Source: Sulfurovaceae bacterium
Lineage (GTDB): Bacteria; Campylobacterota; Campylobacteria; Campylobacterales; Sulfurovaceae
NCBI GenBank assembly: GCA_963785375.1
Contig: CAWAVD010000004.1
Coordinates: 181,533-245,532, forward strand
Direction of reading: 5' to 3'
DNA length: 64,000 nucleotides
Each line of letters opens with the position of its first letter. Positions within the stretch are counted from its first letter, which is position 1. The notes under the pieces were generated by a model. That model worked only from the letters and a program-made list of their open reading frames with translations. It did not search any database and had not been told where the DNA came from. A program made the position numbers and the translations under genes. Below are positions 53,821 to 64,000 of the stretch, piece after piece.

Positions 53821-54762
53821 ATGTCAATCAAATGTGCATTTTTATTTCCAGGTCAAGGTTCCCAAGCTGTAGGTATGGGTCAAGACTTTTTTAACCATTC
53901 AGATATCGCAAAGAAAATGGTAGCTGATGCGAGCACAAGAACAGGTATAGACTTTGAAAATCTTCTTTTTGAAGAGAACGATAAACTTGAAAAAACAGAG
54001 TTTACCCAACCGGCAATTTTACTTGTGTCTTCTATCGCGCACAAGCTTTTTGAAAATGAAATGCCTATTAAACCTGTGTATGCACTGGGTCACTCTTTAG
54101 GTGAATTTTCTGCACTTGTTTCTGTGGGTGCTATAGATGCCATAGATGCTGTAGAACTTGTAAATCTTCGCGGTAAACTTATGGCTGAAGCATGTGCTGG
54201 ACAAGATGTGGGAATGATGGTATCTCTAGGTCTTGAAGATGAGGTAGTTGAAGAGATCTGTGATGCACAAAGAGAAGCGGGATTGAAAGTGTGGCCTGTA
54301 AACTATAATGCTGCAGGTCAGATTGTGATCGCCGGTATTAAACCTGATCTTGAAATATTAGCTCCGCTTTTAAAAGAAGCTAAGGCAAAAAGAGCCATGC
54401 TTCTTAATATGTCAGTTGCAAGTCACTGTCCACTACTTGAGAGTGCTACTGGACCGTTATCTGAAAAACTTACAGAGATGTTAAAAGATGAGTTCATTGC
54501 ACCGGTAGTTTCTAATGTAACAGCAAAGACATATGATACGAAAGCAGAAGCACTAGACCTACTGCCTAAACAGTTGGTTTCTCCTGTACTCTATAAGCAG
54601 TCTATAGCAGCTTTTGATGATTCTGTAGATTGTTATATAGAATTCGGGCATGGGGGTGTACTTAAAGGTTTAAACCGTAAAGCAACCACAAAACCTCATT
54701 TTGTTGTTTCTGATATGGCGACGTTGGAAACAGCTATTGAAGAGATAGCTAAATTGGGATAG
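53821..54762 (+). CDS. fabD: Malonyl-CoA-ACP transacylase
   Basis: FPGQGSQ, TQPAI, GHSLGE, VASHC. Confidence 0.97.
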   Translation: MSIKCAFLFPGQGSQAVGMGQDFFNHSDIAKKMVADASTRTGIDFENLLFEENDKLEKTEFTQPAILLVSSIAHKLFENEMPIKPVYALGHSLGEFSALVSVGAIDAIDAVELVNLRGKLMAEACAGQDVGMMVSLGLEDEVVEEICDAQREAGLKVWPVNYNAAGQIVIAGIKPDLEILAPLLKEAKAKRAMLLNMSVASHCPLLESATGPLSEKLTEMLKDEFIAPVVSNVTAKTYDTKAEALDLLPKQLVSPVLYKQSIAAFDDSVDCYIEFGHGGVLKGLNRKATTKPHFVVSDMATLETAIEEIAKLG

Positions 54763-54764
54763 TT

Positions 54765-55466
54765 ATGAAAAGCCGTAAAATTGCTATAATGGGTGCTATG
54801 CCTGAAGAGATAGAACCTATCATAGCTAAACTTGACAATGTGCAAACGATGGTTTATGGAGCAAACAAGTATTATGAAGGCTCTTACAATGGACAAGAAG
54901 TGGTTGTAGCATATTCTAAAATAGGAAAAGTATTTGCAACTTTAACTGCAACGATCCTGATTGAAAAATTTACTTGTGACACGTTGCTTTTCTCTGGAGT
55001 GGCCGGAGCGATCAATGAGGATTTACAGATCGGTGATCTGATCATCGCAGAGAGTCTTTGCCAACATGATCTGGATATTACTGCCTTCGGCCACCCTTTT
55101 GGATATGTACCCGAAGGTGAAGTGTGTATCACTACTGATGAGACTTTGCGCAACATTGCAAAAGATGTAGCTAAGCAGAAAGGTTTAACACTTAAAGAAG
55201 GCGTCATTGCCACAGGTGACCAGTTCGTAGCAAATGAAGAGCGTAAAAATTGGATAGGCACTACTTTTGGGGCAGATGCTTTGGAGATGGAAGGGGCAAG
55301 TGTTGCAGTAGTCTGTAATGCCTTGAATATTCCATTTTTTATCCTACGTGCCATATCTGACAGTGCTGATATGGATGCAAGTTTTAATTTTGACGAGTTC
55401 TTGGAAAGTTCAGCTAAGATTTCGGCTGACTTTATCTTGAGCATGGTGGATGAACTTGGACGATAA
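54765..55466 (+). CDS. mtnN: 5'-methylthioadenosine/S-adenosylhomocysteine nucleosidase (Pfs)
   Basis: IMGAMPEE, KIGKV, TGDQF, EMEGA, RAISD. Confidence 0.95.
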   Translation: MKSRKIAIMGAMPEEIEPIIAKLDNVQTMVYGANKYYEGSYNGQEVVVAYSKIGKVFATLTATILIEKFTCDTLLFSGVAGAINEDLQIGDLIIAESLCQHDLDITAFGHPFGYVPEGEVCITTDETLRNIAKDVAKQKGLTLKEGVIATGDQFVANEERKNWIGTTFGADALEMEGASVAVVCNALNIPFFILRAISDSADMDASFNFDEFLESSAKISADFILSMVDELGR

Positions 55467-56256
55467 TCAAAGACGGGTTCCTTCAAAAAGCCTCCCTGTC
55501 AGTAAAAAGTTACTTAAGTTAGCAGGAAAAACCAATGCCGAGTTTAAACTGATCGGTGAAGGTGATAAAGTTTTAGTTGGACTTAGTGGAGGAAAAGACT
55601 CTCTGGCACTCGTACATATCATGAAGCATATACAACGGCATGCACCATTTAATTTTGAGTTTGAAGCGTGTACCGTGAAGTATGGTATGCCTGATGAACA
55701 TTATGCTTTTCTTGAAGCACACTGTAAAGAGTATGGTATCAAACATACGGTGTTTGATACTAATATCTTTGAAATCTCACATGACACGATACGGGACAAC
55801 TCTTCGTTCTGTTCTTATTTTTCTCGAATGAGAAGAGGAGCACTCTATAGCTTTGCAGAAGAAGGCGGTTTTACGAAGGTGGCACTAGGACATCATTTTG
55901 ATGATACCGTAGAAAGTTTTTTTATGAATATGTTTTACAATGGTACGATGAGGGCCTTGGCGCCTATCTATAAAACAAGCAGAGGTTTTCATTTAATACG
56001 GCCATTAATTCAAGCCAGGGAGACACAACTTCGTGCCTTCGCAGTAGAAAACAACTTGCAAGTAATCGGTGATGAAGCCTGTCCTGCGATGTTAAAAGAT
56101 GTTAAGATGCCTCATGCCAGAGCGTCTACTAAAGAGTGGTTAGCTGGACTTGAAAAAGAAAACAAGGACATCTTTAAAATGTTTAGAGCCTCATTCAAAC
56201 ATATACATGATGATACATTTCTTGATCCGGAACGTTGGAACAGAGATGATATATAA
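55450..56256 (+). CDS. ttcA: tRNA 2-thiocytidine biosynthesis protein, TtcA family
   Basis: PP-loop SGGKDS, LGHHFDD, IRPL. Confidence 0.85.
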   Translation: MNLDDNQRRVPSKSLPVSKKLLKLAGKTNAEFKLIGEGDKVLVGLSGGKDSLALVHIMKHIQRHAPFNFEFEACTVKYGMPDEHYAFLEAHCKEYGIKHTVFDTNIFEISHDTIRDNSSFCSYFSRMRRGALYSFAEEGGFTKVALGHHFDDTVESFFMNMFYNGTMRALAPIYKTSRGFHLIRPLIQARETQLRAFAVENNLQVIGDEACPAMLKDVKMPHARASTKEWLAGLEKENKDIFKMFRASFKHIHDDTFLDPERWNRDDI

Positions 56257-56265
56257 GGAAATAGA

Positions 56266-56649
56266 ATGAAATTATTTTTATTGCTAGCTATATTTTTTAC
56301 AAGTGTGTTTGCAGAGGATGTCGATATAGATCTTTCAGATGATGATAACAATATACACCCTTCGGAATTTACAGTGAAATTGATCAAGAACTGTGAGACA
56401 CTCGTCTTGAAAGAAGAACCTAACCGTAAAGCTAAAGAGATCTATACACGTGTTTGGATGGATGATTGTGTACAAAATTATGGCTGTTTAAGAGAGGTCA
56501 CTCAAAAAGAACTTGAAGCTATGAATGTGAGGGAAAGAGATTTCGCAGCATGGAAATACCCAGTATGGTGTAAAGTGAATGCAAAAGGTCAAGTAGGCTG
56601 GGCACGTAAACAATTTTTGGTAGATGAGCCTTGTAAACAACAAGACTGA
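56266..56649 (+). CDS. Hypothetical secreted protein with SH3b-like C-terminus
   Basis: Signal peptide; WCKV...GW...FL pattern. Confidence 0.6.
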   Translation: MKLFLLLAIFFTSVFAEDVDIDLSDDDNNIHPSEFTVKLIKNCETLVLKEEPNRKAKEIYTRVWMDDCVQNYGCLREVTQKELEAMNVRERDFAAWKYPVWCKVNAKGQVGWARKQFLVDEPCKQQD

Positions 56650-56663
56650 TTAGTTTAAAACGT

Positions 56664-57617
56664 ATGAATACATTTACCGCAACAATATCAGGACGTTTAG
56701 ATAAGATACTTGCAGTACAACTTGATGTAAGCCGTAACCAAGTTGAAAAGCTTGTGAAAGATGGATTTGTGAATGTGAATGATAAAACGATCACAAAGAG
56801 CAGCTTTAAGGTAACAGAAGGTGATAGAGTTTCTTATATGTTTCAGGAAGCAGAAAAAAGAGTAGCACCACCTATAGACTTTGATGTAGAGATCTTGTAT
56901 GAAGATGAATATCTTTTGGTGGTCAATAAACCTTCTGGACTTGTGGTCCATCCTGCCCCTTCTGTAAAAGAACCTACACTTGTGGACTGGTTGATACATA
57001 AAGGTATATCTCTTTCAACTATCAGTGGAGAAGAACGTTATGGTATTGTACACCGAATAGATAAAGAGACTACAGGTGCATTAGTGGTGGCCAAAGACAA
57101 TAAAATACATGAAGCATTGAGCCTACAACTGCAAGACAAGAGTATGGGACGGTATTATTTGGCATTGATCGATTGTCCGCTAAAAGATGATATTGTAGTA
57201 GATAAACCTATAGGACGTAATCCTAAAAATCGACTCAAAATGGATGTAGTGCCTCATGGAAGAAGTGCCAAAACAGCTTTTGTAAAACTACTTACAAGTC
57301 AACATGGTGTTGAACTTATAGCAGCAAAATTATTTACAGGTAGAACCCATCAAATACGTGTACATTTAAATACACTTGGACGTCATATATTAGGCGATGA
57401 TTTATATGGGTTTAAGAGCAAAAGAGATAAAATTTCAAGAGTCAATTTGCATGCATATTTACTATATCTGGTCCACCCTGTAAGCGGTGAAAGAATGGAG
57501 TTCGTCGCCCCACTTTTTGAAGATATGAAAGTGTATATATCCAAAAATTTTGATCAAGGTGAAGTAGATGAAAAAATTGATCCTCATACTCTGGGTACTC
57601 TCTTTAATAACCTTTAA
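56664..57617 (+). CDS. RluA/RluD-family pseudouridine synthase
   Basis: S4 domain, NKPSG, HRIDKETTG, TGRTHQIRVH. Confidence 0.95.
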   Translation: MNTFTATISGRLDKILAVQLDVSRNQVEKLVKDGFVNVNDKTITKSSFKVTEGDRVSYMFQEAEKRVAPPIDFDVEILYEDEYLLVVNKPSGLVVHPAPSVKEPTLVDWLIHKGISLSTISGEERYGIVHRIDKETTGALVVAKDNKIHEALSLQLQDKSMGRYYLALIDCPLKDDIVVDKPIGRNPKNRLKMDVVPHGRSAKTAFVKLLTSQHGVELIAAKLFTGRTHQIRVHLNTLGRHILGDDLYGFKSKRDKISRVNLHAYLLYLVHPVSGERMEFVAPLFEDMKVYISKNFDQGEVDEKIDPHTLGTLFNNL

Positions 57618-58233
57618 TGGTTGTGGTGCAGTCAAGGGATTGATGACATATGGTACAGATCCTTCATTAGATACTATTACTCAAGTACATGCTTTACCGA
57701 GGATAAACTCTGTAGGTTTTGAGTGGCAAAAGATAGAGGACCACCAAATACACGGTGTGAATATTTACAGAGGTGATGCTTCTCAAGATACAAAAAGTTT
57801 TAAACGTATAGGTACAGTAGGAAATCGTTATGCCACACACTTTGTGGATACACATGTAAAGCCAGATAGAACGTATCGTTATACCTTTAGTACATTTGCG
57901 TTTGGAAAAGAGTCTAGACGCAGTGAACCGATCGAGGTAACAACACTGCCTTCATTCTCGTCAGTCACATTTGTGAAAGCTTATAGAGTAGCACCTTCAG
58001 TGGTAAAACTTTTATGGAAACCACATGCAAACCCGAGTATAAATACCTATATCGTTGAACGTTCGGTCAATGGTGCTGAATGGCAATACGTTTCACAGGT
58101 TCAAGGACAATTGATGGCGGAATACATTGATACTTTTGTAAGAAGCGGGGATACATACAGGTACCGGATCATCGCACAAAGTTATGACAAAATACGTGCT
58201 TATCCGAGCCAACCAACACAAATCAAATTATAA
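57568..58233 (+). CDS. Fibronectin type III domain lipoprotein (FlpA-like position)
   Basis: Lipobox FNGC; two FN3 repeats (W...Y.IYR...YRY). Confidence 0.8.
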   Translation: MKKLILILWVLSLITFNGCGAVKGLMTYGTDPSLDTITQVHALPRINSVGFEWQKIEDHQIHGVNIYRGDASQDTKSFKRIGTVGNRYATHFVDTHVKPDRTYRYTFSTFAFGKESRRSEPIEVTTLPSFSSVTFVKAYRVAPSVVKLLWKPHANPSINTYIVERSVNGAEWQYVSQVQGQLMAEYIDTFVRSGDTYRYRIIAQSYDKIRAYPSQPTQIKL

Positions 58234-58242
58234 GCAGGAACA

Positions 58243-59427
58243 ATGCCACATTTAAAAGTTACACCCTTTGATATTTCTATCGTAGAACAACAGGTAGGAA
58301 CAAGTGAAATGATGACTTTTTGCGCTCAAGCACTTAACCGTAATGACATGCTCATAGGTGTTGAACATGCAGGAGAAGAATTTTTACTTCAACTTAAACC
58401 AGATGAAAATGCTTACTTGTTAAAGTATGATAAAGTGACAAGACCTCTAAAAGTAAATCTGCTTAAAGAAGCATTGGAGAGTGTTTCAAAAGAGATGAGC
58501 TTAGAGATACTCTCTTCAAATATTGCGATATCACATACTAAAAGTCCACTATCATCGAAATATTTTAAAAAAATAGAGGATTTTGAAAATATCACTTATC
58601 CAAAAGAAAAGATATCTGTTGAAGTAGGTTTTGGAAGTGGAAGACATCTGCTTCATCAGGCAAACAAGAATCCTGATACACTTTTTATAGGGTTAGAGAT
58701 ACATACACCTTCTGCACAACAGGTACTTAAACAGATAGAACTTCAAGGTCTTGATAATATTTGGGTAGTGAACTATGATGCAAGACTGTTCTTGGAGATG
58801 TTGCCTTCAAATGCATGTGAAAAGATATTTGTGCATTTCCCTGTACCTTGGGACAAAAAACCTCATAGAAGAGTCATCAGTCCTAGTTTCCTGAATGAAT
58901 CTATGAGAGTGTTAAGAAAAGGTGGACGATTGGAATTACGTACAGACAGTGACAATTACTTTTGGTATGCGCTGGAAACTTTCTTTTCTATTCCCAAAGT
59001 TGAAGTTGAGGTACGTAAAAACGAAGCCCTTGAAGTGACAAGTAAGTATGAAGCTAGATGGCTTAAACAAGAGAAAGATATTTATGATGTCTATGTTAAA
59101 TCTACAGAGGAATCCCCAGCTCAAGAGATGTCTATAGATTTTAATTTTAATGATGTAAAATATACCCCAGGTGTAGAAGAGCGTTTACCTACAAAAGCAT
59201 TGGTTTTTGATGGATATTTTGTTCACTTTGAACGCATATATAAAATATCTGAAGAGAGTATACTTATAAAATGTGCTTTTGGAAGTTTTGACAGACCAGA
59301 ACATAAATATATTTTATTAGAACAAAACAGTTGCCGGTATTTTGTTTCTCCTCCTGTGAAGACAACGGTTAACTTTCAGGCACATCAAAAATTGGCAGAG
59401 CAAATAATGCTCACTAAAGGAGAGTAG
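58243..59427 (+). CDS. trmB: tRNA (guanine-N7)-methyltransferase
   Basis: EVGFGSG, HFPVPWDKKPHRR, RTD, SKYE. Confidence 0.95.
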   Translation: MPHLKVTPFDISIVEQQVGTSEMMTFCAQALNRNDMLIGVEHAGEEFLLQLKPDENAYLLKYDKVTRPLKVNLLKEALESVSKEMSLEILSSNIAISHTKSPLSSKYFKKIEDFENITYPKEKISVEVGFGSGRHLLHQANKNPDTLFIGLEIHTPSAQQVLKQIELQGLDNIWVVNYDARLFLEMLPSNACEKIFVHFPVPWDKKPHRRVISPSFLNESMRVLRKGGRLELRTDSDNYFWYALETFFSIPKVEVEVRKNEALEVTSKYEARWLKQEKDIYDVYVKSTEESPAQEMSIDFNFNDVKYTPGVEERLPTKALVFDGYFVHFERIYKISEESILIKCAFGSFDRPEHKYILLEQNSCRYFVSPPVKTTVNFQAHQKLAEQIMLTKGE

Positions 59428-59430
59428 AAC

Positions 59431-60105
59431 ATGTCTAATGTGATTCACGCTTCACATCTTTCTCTGACCTATGGAAAGGCAGGCAAAGAAGTCATCAAAG
59501 ATGCTAATTTTAGCATTAAAAAGGGTGAGTTTGTTTTTATAACGGGACCTAGTGGTTCTGGGAAATCAACACTGCTTAAAGCACTTTACGGAAAGTTGAA
59601 ACCAAGTGAAGGTAACCTTGTGGTAGGTGGGCAGGACCTATCTAGTATACGTCCTAAAAAGCTGCAGGAACTGAGAACACATATGGGTATTATTTTTCAA
59701 GATTATAAACTTGTGAATGAATGGACAGTGAAAAAAAATGTCGTTTTACCTTTAATGATAGCAGGATACCCAACAGAAATTCAGGAAACTCAGGCACATA
59801 GACTGCTTAAACACGTAAAACTTGCAGAACATGCTGACAGATATCCATTAGAATTAAGTGGTGGTGAACAGCAGCGTGTAGGTGTTGCAAGAGCATTGTC
59901 AAAAAATCCTGTAGTGATCTTGGCTGATGAACCTACGGGTAACCTTGATGATTATTCGTCCAATGTTATTTGGGATTTGATGGAAAATGCATGTCAACAA
60001 CTTGATACGACAGTCTTGGTCGTAACGCACAAAATTCCAACAATTTTTTCTTTACCATATAGACATTTTATTATAGAGAGCAAGGGTGTGTATGAAGTTC
60101 ATTAA
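59431..60105 (+). CDS. ftsE: Cell division ATP-binding protein FtsE
   Basis: [25 protein letters not shown]. Confidence 0.92.
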   Translation: MSNVIHASHLSLTYGKAGKEVIKDANFSIKKGEFVFITGPSGSGKSTLLKALYGKLKPSEGNLVVGGQDLSSIRPKKLQELRTHMGIIFQDYKLVNEWTVKKNVVLPLMIAGYPTEIQETQAHRLLKHVKLAEHADRYPLELSGGEQQRVGVARALSKNPVVILADEPTGNLDDYSSNVIWDLMENACQQLDTTVLVVTHKIPTIFSLPYRHFIIESKGVYEVH

Positions 60106-60907
60106 AAATCATCTTATGTTTATTTTACCGCTTATGGCAATTTTATTGGGTATCGAATTTTACCTTGTATTTGAGCGTACAACAGATACCTATGAAAAAG
60201 GCCTTAAAGAAGGATACTCAATGCTTGCAGTGACATATAAACCTATGGAACTATCAGAGTTCCAAGCACTGAATAACCATATCAGTACCTCTGAAAAGAT
60301 AAAACGTGAGTATATTGTATTTGAGGTCGCAAAAGGCATAAGTAAAAGCAGTAGTGAGGAGATATTGGCCGCTTTACCTTATTTTTACAATCTTGGACTT
60401 GACTCTTATCTTCATACATCTGAATTGGAAAAGATTAAAAAAGATCTTATGTCTGATGTCAATATTAAAAAAATTGAGACATTTGGCAGCAGCTATAATT
60501 CCAATTACAGACTATTTTCTTTTATCAAGTTTATCTTGAAAATTTTTATCGTTTTCATGGCTGTAGTGAGTCTCTTTTTAATTATTAAACAGATGGAGAT
60601 TTGGAAATATGCACATAAAGAACGTATGCAGGTCATGGAGATATTTGGTGCACCTATGATGCTAAGATCGGGCGTACTTTTCAAAATAGCTTTTGTAGAT
60701 GCTATATTTGCTACTATATTTGTAAGCGCGATTTTCTTTTATACTAAATTTTACTGGGCAGCAAAAAGCGGTATAGATATTATGATGCAAAACCAGGAAG
60801 CATTGTTCAAGTTTACGGATATAGCCATTTTATTAGGTTCATCAATCCTTATTGTTATCATTGCTGTTTACACAGTTGTATTTAGCAGCAAGGGAGTGCA
60901 GGAGTGA
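60092..60907 (+). CDS. ftsX: Cell division permease FtsX
   Basis: 4 TM helices, MEIFGAP motif, follows ftsE. Confidence 0.88.
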   Translation: MKFIKNHLMFILPLMAILLGIEFYLVFERTTDTYEKGLKEGYSMLAVTYKPMELSEFQALNNHISTSEKIKREYIVFEVAKGISKSSSEEILAALPYFYNLGLDSYLHTSELEKIKKDLMSDVNIKKIETFGSSYNSNYRLFSFIKFILKIFIVFMAVVSLFLIIKQMEIWKYAHKERMQVMEIFGAPMMLRSGVLFKIAFVDAIFATIFVSAIFFYTKFYWAAKSGIDIMMQNQEALFKFTDIAILLGSSILIVIIAVYTVVFSSKGVQE

Positions 60908-62271
60908 AATTCCTCATCCTTCCTTTTTTTTTAGCTTTAAGCTTACTTTATGGTGCATCAACAGCTACTAAGATCAAAGAGTCTGAAAAAAATCTTTCTG
61001 TAACATCGTCTGCAAAAAAGAAGACAGCCAGACAATTAAGTAAAATTGCGAAGGATATACAAGCTGCAGAGAAAGATATTGTATATCTTGAAAAAAAATT
61101 AGCAGAACTTGAACGTGAACAAGAAAAATCAGAACAGCAATATGAAGTATTAAAGAAAGAACTAAGTCAGTCTGAAAAAGATCTGACTGTGACAAGTAAA
61201 GCATTGGAGGAGAAACATAAATCATTCATTTCTTTACTCTCACAACAATTTTCTATCGTTTTTGCAATGGAACAAGCACATGAACCTACCCGAGAATCCA
61301 TACTTTCTCAGGAAGTTTATATCGCATATAAAAAACATAATGCAAAACTTTTAAATACACTTAGAATTGATATAGAGAAGCTTAGAAAACATAAAAATAC
61401 TAAAGAAAAATTACGTAATAAGACTAAAAAAGAGATTGAGCTTATTGTGAAAAAAAGAGAAGATTATGCTCAAAAAAAATTGGCCAAAGAAAAATTACGT
61501 AAAAGGCTTGCTAAAGATGAAGAAAAATATAATGCAAAACTTGAAAAGATCGTTGATAAACAGAATTCTCTTAGATCAACCTTATCAAAATTGAACATTT
61601 TACAAGAAAAAGAAGTAAAAGAAGCACGTAAAAGAGCTGAAGTTGAAAAAGAAGCTATGCGTCTTGAGAAAAAAAGACAAAGAGAGATACGTGAAGCAAA
61701 AGCATTGGCCCGTTCAAATGCAAGAAAAGCACAAGAAGCCTTGAAGCAGGCAAAAACAGAAGAAGACAGAGCAAAAGCGCGTATAGCTGCAAAAGCTGCA
61801 GAAAAAGAAAATAATAAAATCTATAAAGAGAGTGAAAAAGTTAGACAGGTAAACTCTTCCTATACACCGTCTAAAACCTATAAATATAGAGGTGGAAAAA
61901 CGATTTCACCTTTACCTGGGGCAAAGCTGGTGAAGAATTTTGGTACCTATGTAGATCCTATCTATAAGATAAAGATTTTTAATGAATCTATTACTTTACA
62001 GTCCCCTGTTGCAAATGCAAAAGTACAAAATATTTTAAATGGAAAAGTGGTTTTTGCAGGGAAAAGTAGTATGCTGGGTAAGGTGGTGGTAGTTTCGCAC
62101 AGTAAAAAAATACATACAGTGTATGCAGGACTTTCTAAAATTGCACCTACCATTCATGTAGGTTCAAAGATACAAAAAGGATATGTGGTAGGAAAAGTCA
62201 ATGAAAAACTGATTTTTCAAGCAACAAAAGATTCTAAACATATCAACCCATTAAAGCTGATTAAGATATAG
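60904..62271 (+). CDS. Murein hydrolase activator, EnvC family
   Basis: Long coiled coil plus a degenerate M23 domain lacking Zn ligands. Confidence 0.85.
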   Translation: MKFLILPFFLALSLLYGASTATKIKESEKNLSVTSSAKKKTARQLSKIAKDIQAAEKDIVYLEKKLAELEREQEKSEQQYEVLKKELSQSEKDLTVTSKALEEKHKSFISLLSQQFSIVFAMEQAHEPTRESILSQEVYIAYKKHNAKLLNTLRIDIEKLRKHKNTKEKLRNKTKKEIELIVKKREDYAQKKLAKEKLRKRLAKDEEKYNAKLEKIVDKQNSLRSTLSKLNILQEKEVKEARKRAEVEKEAMRLEKKRQREIREAKALARSNARKAQEALKQAKTEEDRAKARIAAKAAEKENNKIYKESEKVRQVNSSYTPSKTYKYRGGKTISPLPGAKLVKNFGTYVDPIYKIKIFNESITLQSPVANAKVQNILNGKVVFAGKSSMLGKVVVVSHSKKIHTVYAGLSKIAPTIHVGSKIQKGYVVGKVNEKLIFQATKDSKHINPLKLIKI

Positions 62272-62287
62272 CATTATAAGAGTTTAA

Positions 62288-63049
<762 letters not shown>

Positions 63050-63073
63050 AGAAGAAATAATAAAGGAATAGAT

Positions 63074-63280
63074 ATGAGAACAGAACAATTAACAGCAAAG
63101 GCACTAGAAAAAGTAGATTTTGATAAATACCTTCTTGCAAATGCAGTGGGAAAAAGAGCAGAAGCTATCGCCAATGGTGCTGAAGTACATTTGGATATAG
63201 ATACAACAGGCATGAAATATTCAGACATCGCTCTCCAAGAAATTGCTGAAGGTAAAATTACTGTAAGTTTAGAAGGCTAA
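63074..63280 (+). CDS. rpoZ: RNA polymerase omega subunit
   Basis: KYLLANAVGKRA, IALQEIAEG. Confidence 0.93.
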   Translation: MRTEQLTAKALEKVDFDKYLLANAVGKRAEAIANGAEVHLDIDTTGMKYSDIALQEIAEGKITVSLEG

Positions 63281-63286
63281 ATCCCT

Positions 63287-64000
63287 TTGGACGCTTTTCT
63301 CAATAAAGCTAAAAATATCGATACTATAGAAGAGGCAAGTGCCCTTCTGTGGGAAGAACTCCTAACCCCTCTACCTGCCACAACTAAAGCACTGGAACTT
63401 TCACTCGAGGCACATAAAGGCCAAATACGTAAAAGTGGTGAACCCTATATTGTTCATCCCATCTTGGTAGCAGCAATTACGGCGAAGATCTCCAATGATG
63501 AAAAGATGGTACAGGCGGCTCTTTTGCATGATGTGGTGGAAGATACAGATGCTACTATCGAAGATTTAGAATTAGAATTCGGGTATGATGTTGCACATAT
63601 GGTTGAAGGATTAACTAAGATCGTTGAGATCAGAGATGAAGAGTTAATTCCTTCAGGTTCAGACGAAAGACTTATTAACTCTGCACTCTCATTTAGAAAA
63701 ATGCTCATTGCATCTATCAAAGATGTACGTGTACTTGTGATTAAGCTCTGTGACAGGTTACACAATATGCTGACTCTGGATGCGCTGAGTTTCGAAAAAC
63801 AAAAACGTATATCAGAAGAGACTATTGTGGTATATGCACCTATCGCTCATAGACTAGGTATTTCTAGACTTAAGAACCATTTGGAAGATTTGAGTTTTCA
63901 GTATATTTATCCTGAGGATTATAATAAAATAGATACCTACATGAAGTCAAATGCACAAAACCTTAAGATAAAACTCAATACTTTTATACAAAATGTAAAA
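63287..64000 (+). CDS. spoT: RelA/SpoT (p)ppGpp synthetase/hydrolase, partial (runs off the window)
   Basis: TTG start; AHKGQIRKSGEPYIVHP, LLHDVVEDT, KLCDRLHNM, YAPIAHRLG. Confidence 0.95.
   Translation, partial: MDAFLNKAKNIDTIEEASALLWEELLTPLPATTKALELSLEAHKGQIRKSGEPYIVHPILVAAITAKISNDEKMVQAALLHDVVEDTDATIEDLELEFGYDVAHMVEGLTKIVEIRDEELIPSGSDERLINSALSFRKMLIASIKDVRVLVIKLCDRLHNMLTLDALSFEKQKRISEETIVVYAPIAHRLGISRLKNHLEDLSFQYIYPEDYNKIDTYMKSNAQNLKIKLNTFIQNVK

Noticed and set aside
60904-62271. M23 domain without zinc ligands
   Set aside because: Expected for EnvC-type amidase activators next to ftsEX

Overview
A 64-kb chromosomal segment of an AT-rich Campylobacterota bacterium, most likely Sulfurovum-like. 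This is inferred from conserved gene orders: obgE-proB-fmt-birA-parAB-atpF'FHAGDC-tolQRA, tolB-pal-cpoB-slyD-fabD-mtnN and rluD-FN3-trmB-ftsEX-envC-pyrH-rpoZ-spoT. Positions ~17-64 kb are mostly housekeeping: a 7-tRNA operon, ileS, gatA, guaB, metY/metX, rplU/rpmA, ATP synthase and Tol-Pal. Positions ~4.4-16 kb are an accessory island carrying an RND pump, a TesA/YbbA/YbbP cassette, an AbiEii-type toxin-antitoxin pair with a clear operator, and an IS481-like element. Its modules are bounded by two families of non-coding direct repeats, one of which reads as promoter + RBS + a truncated ORF, possibly a recombinase stub. The most notable unannotated signals are: (1) a highly structured metX leader with a four-way-junction/pseudoknot fold and mutually exclusive helices (candidate new riboswitch); (2) a ~260-bp protein-less IS200/IS605-derived element that appears to keep a TnpB omegaRNA-like scaffold; (3) the repeat-bounded cassette architecture; (4) a HATPase-REC-Hpt protein that has lost all its phosphorelay residues; (5) a 41-aa membrane ORF coupled between ileS and gatA. 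Several single-base frameshifts in the first 12 kb are probably assembly errors. All family calls come from motif recognition by eye; no searches were run.
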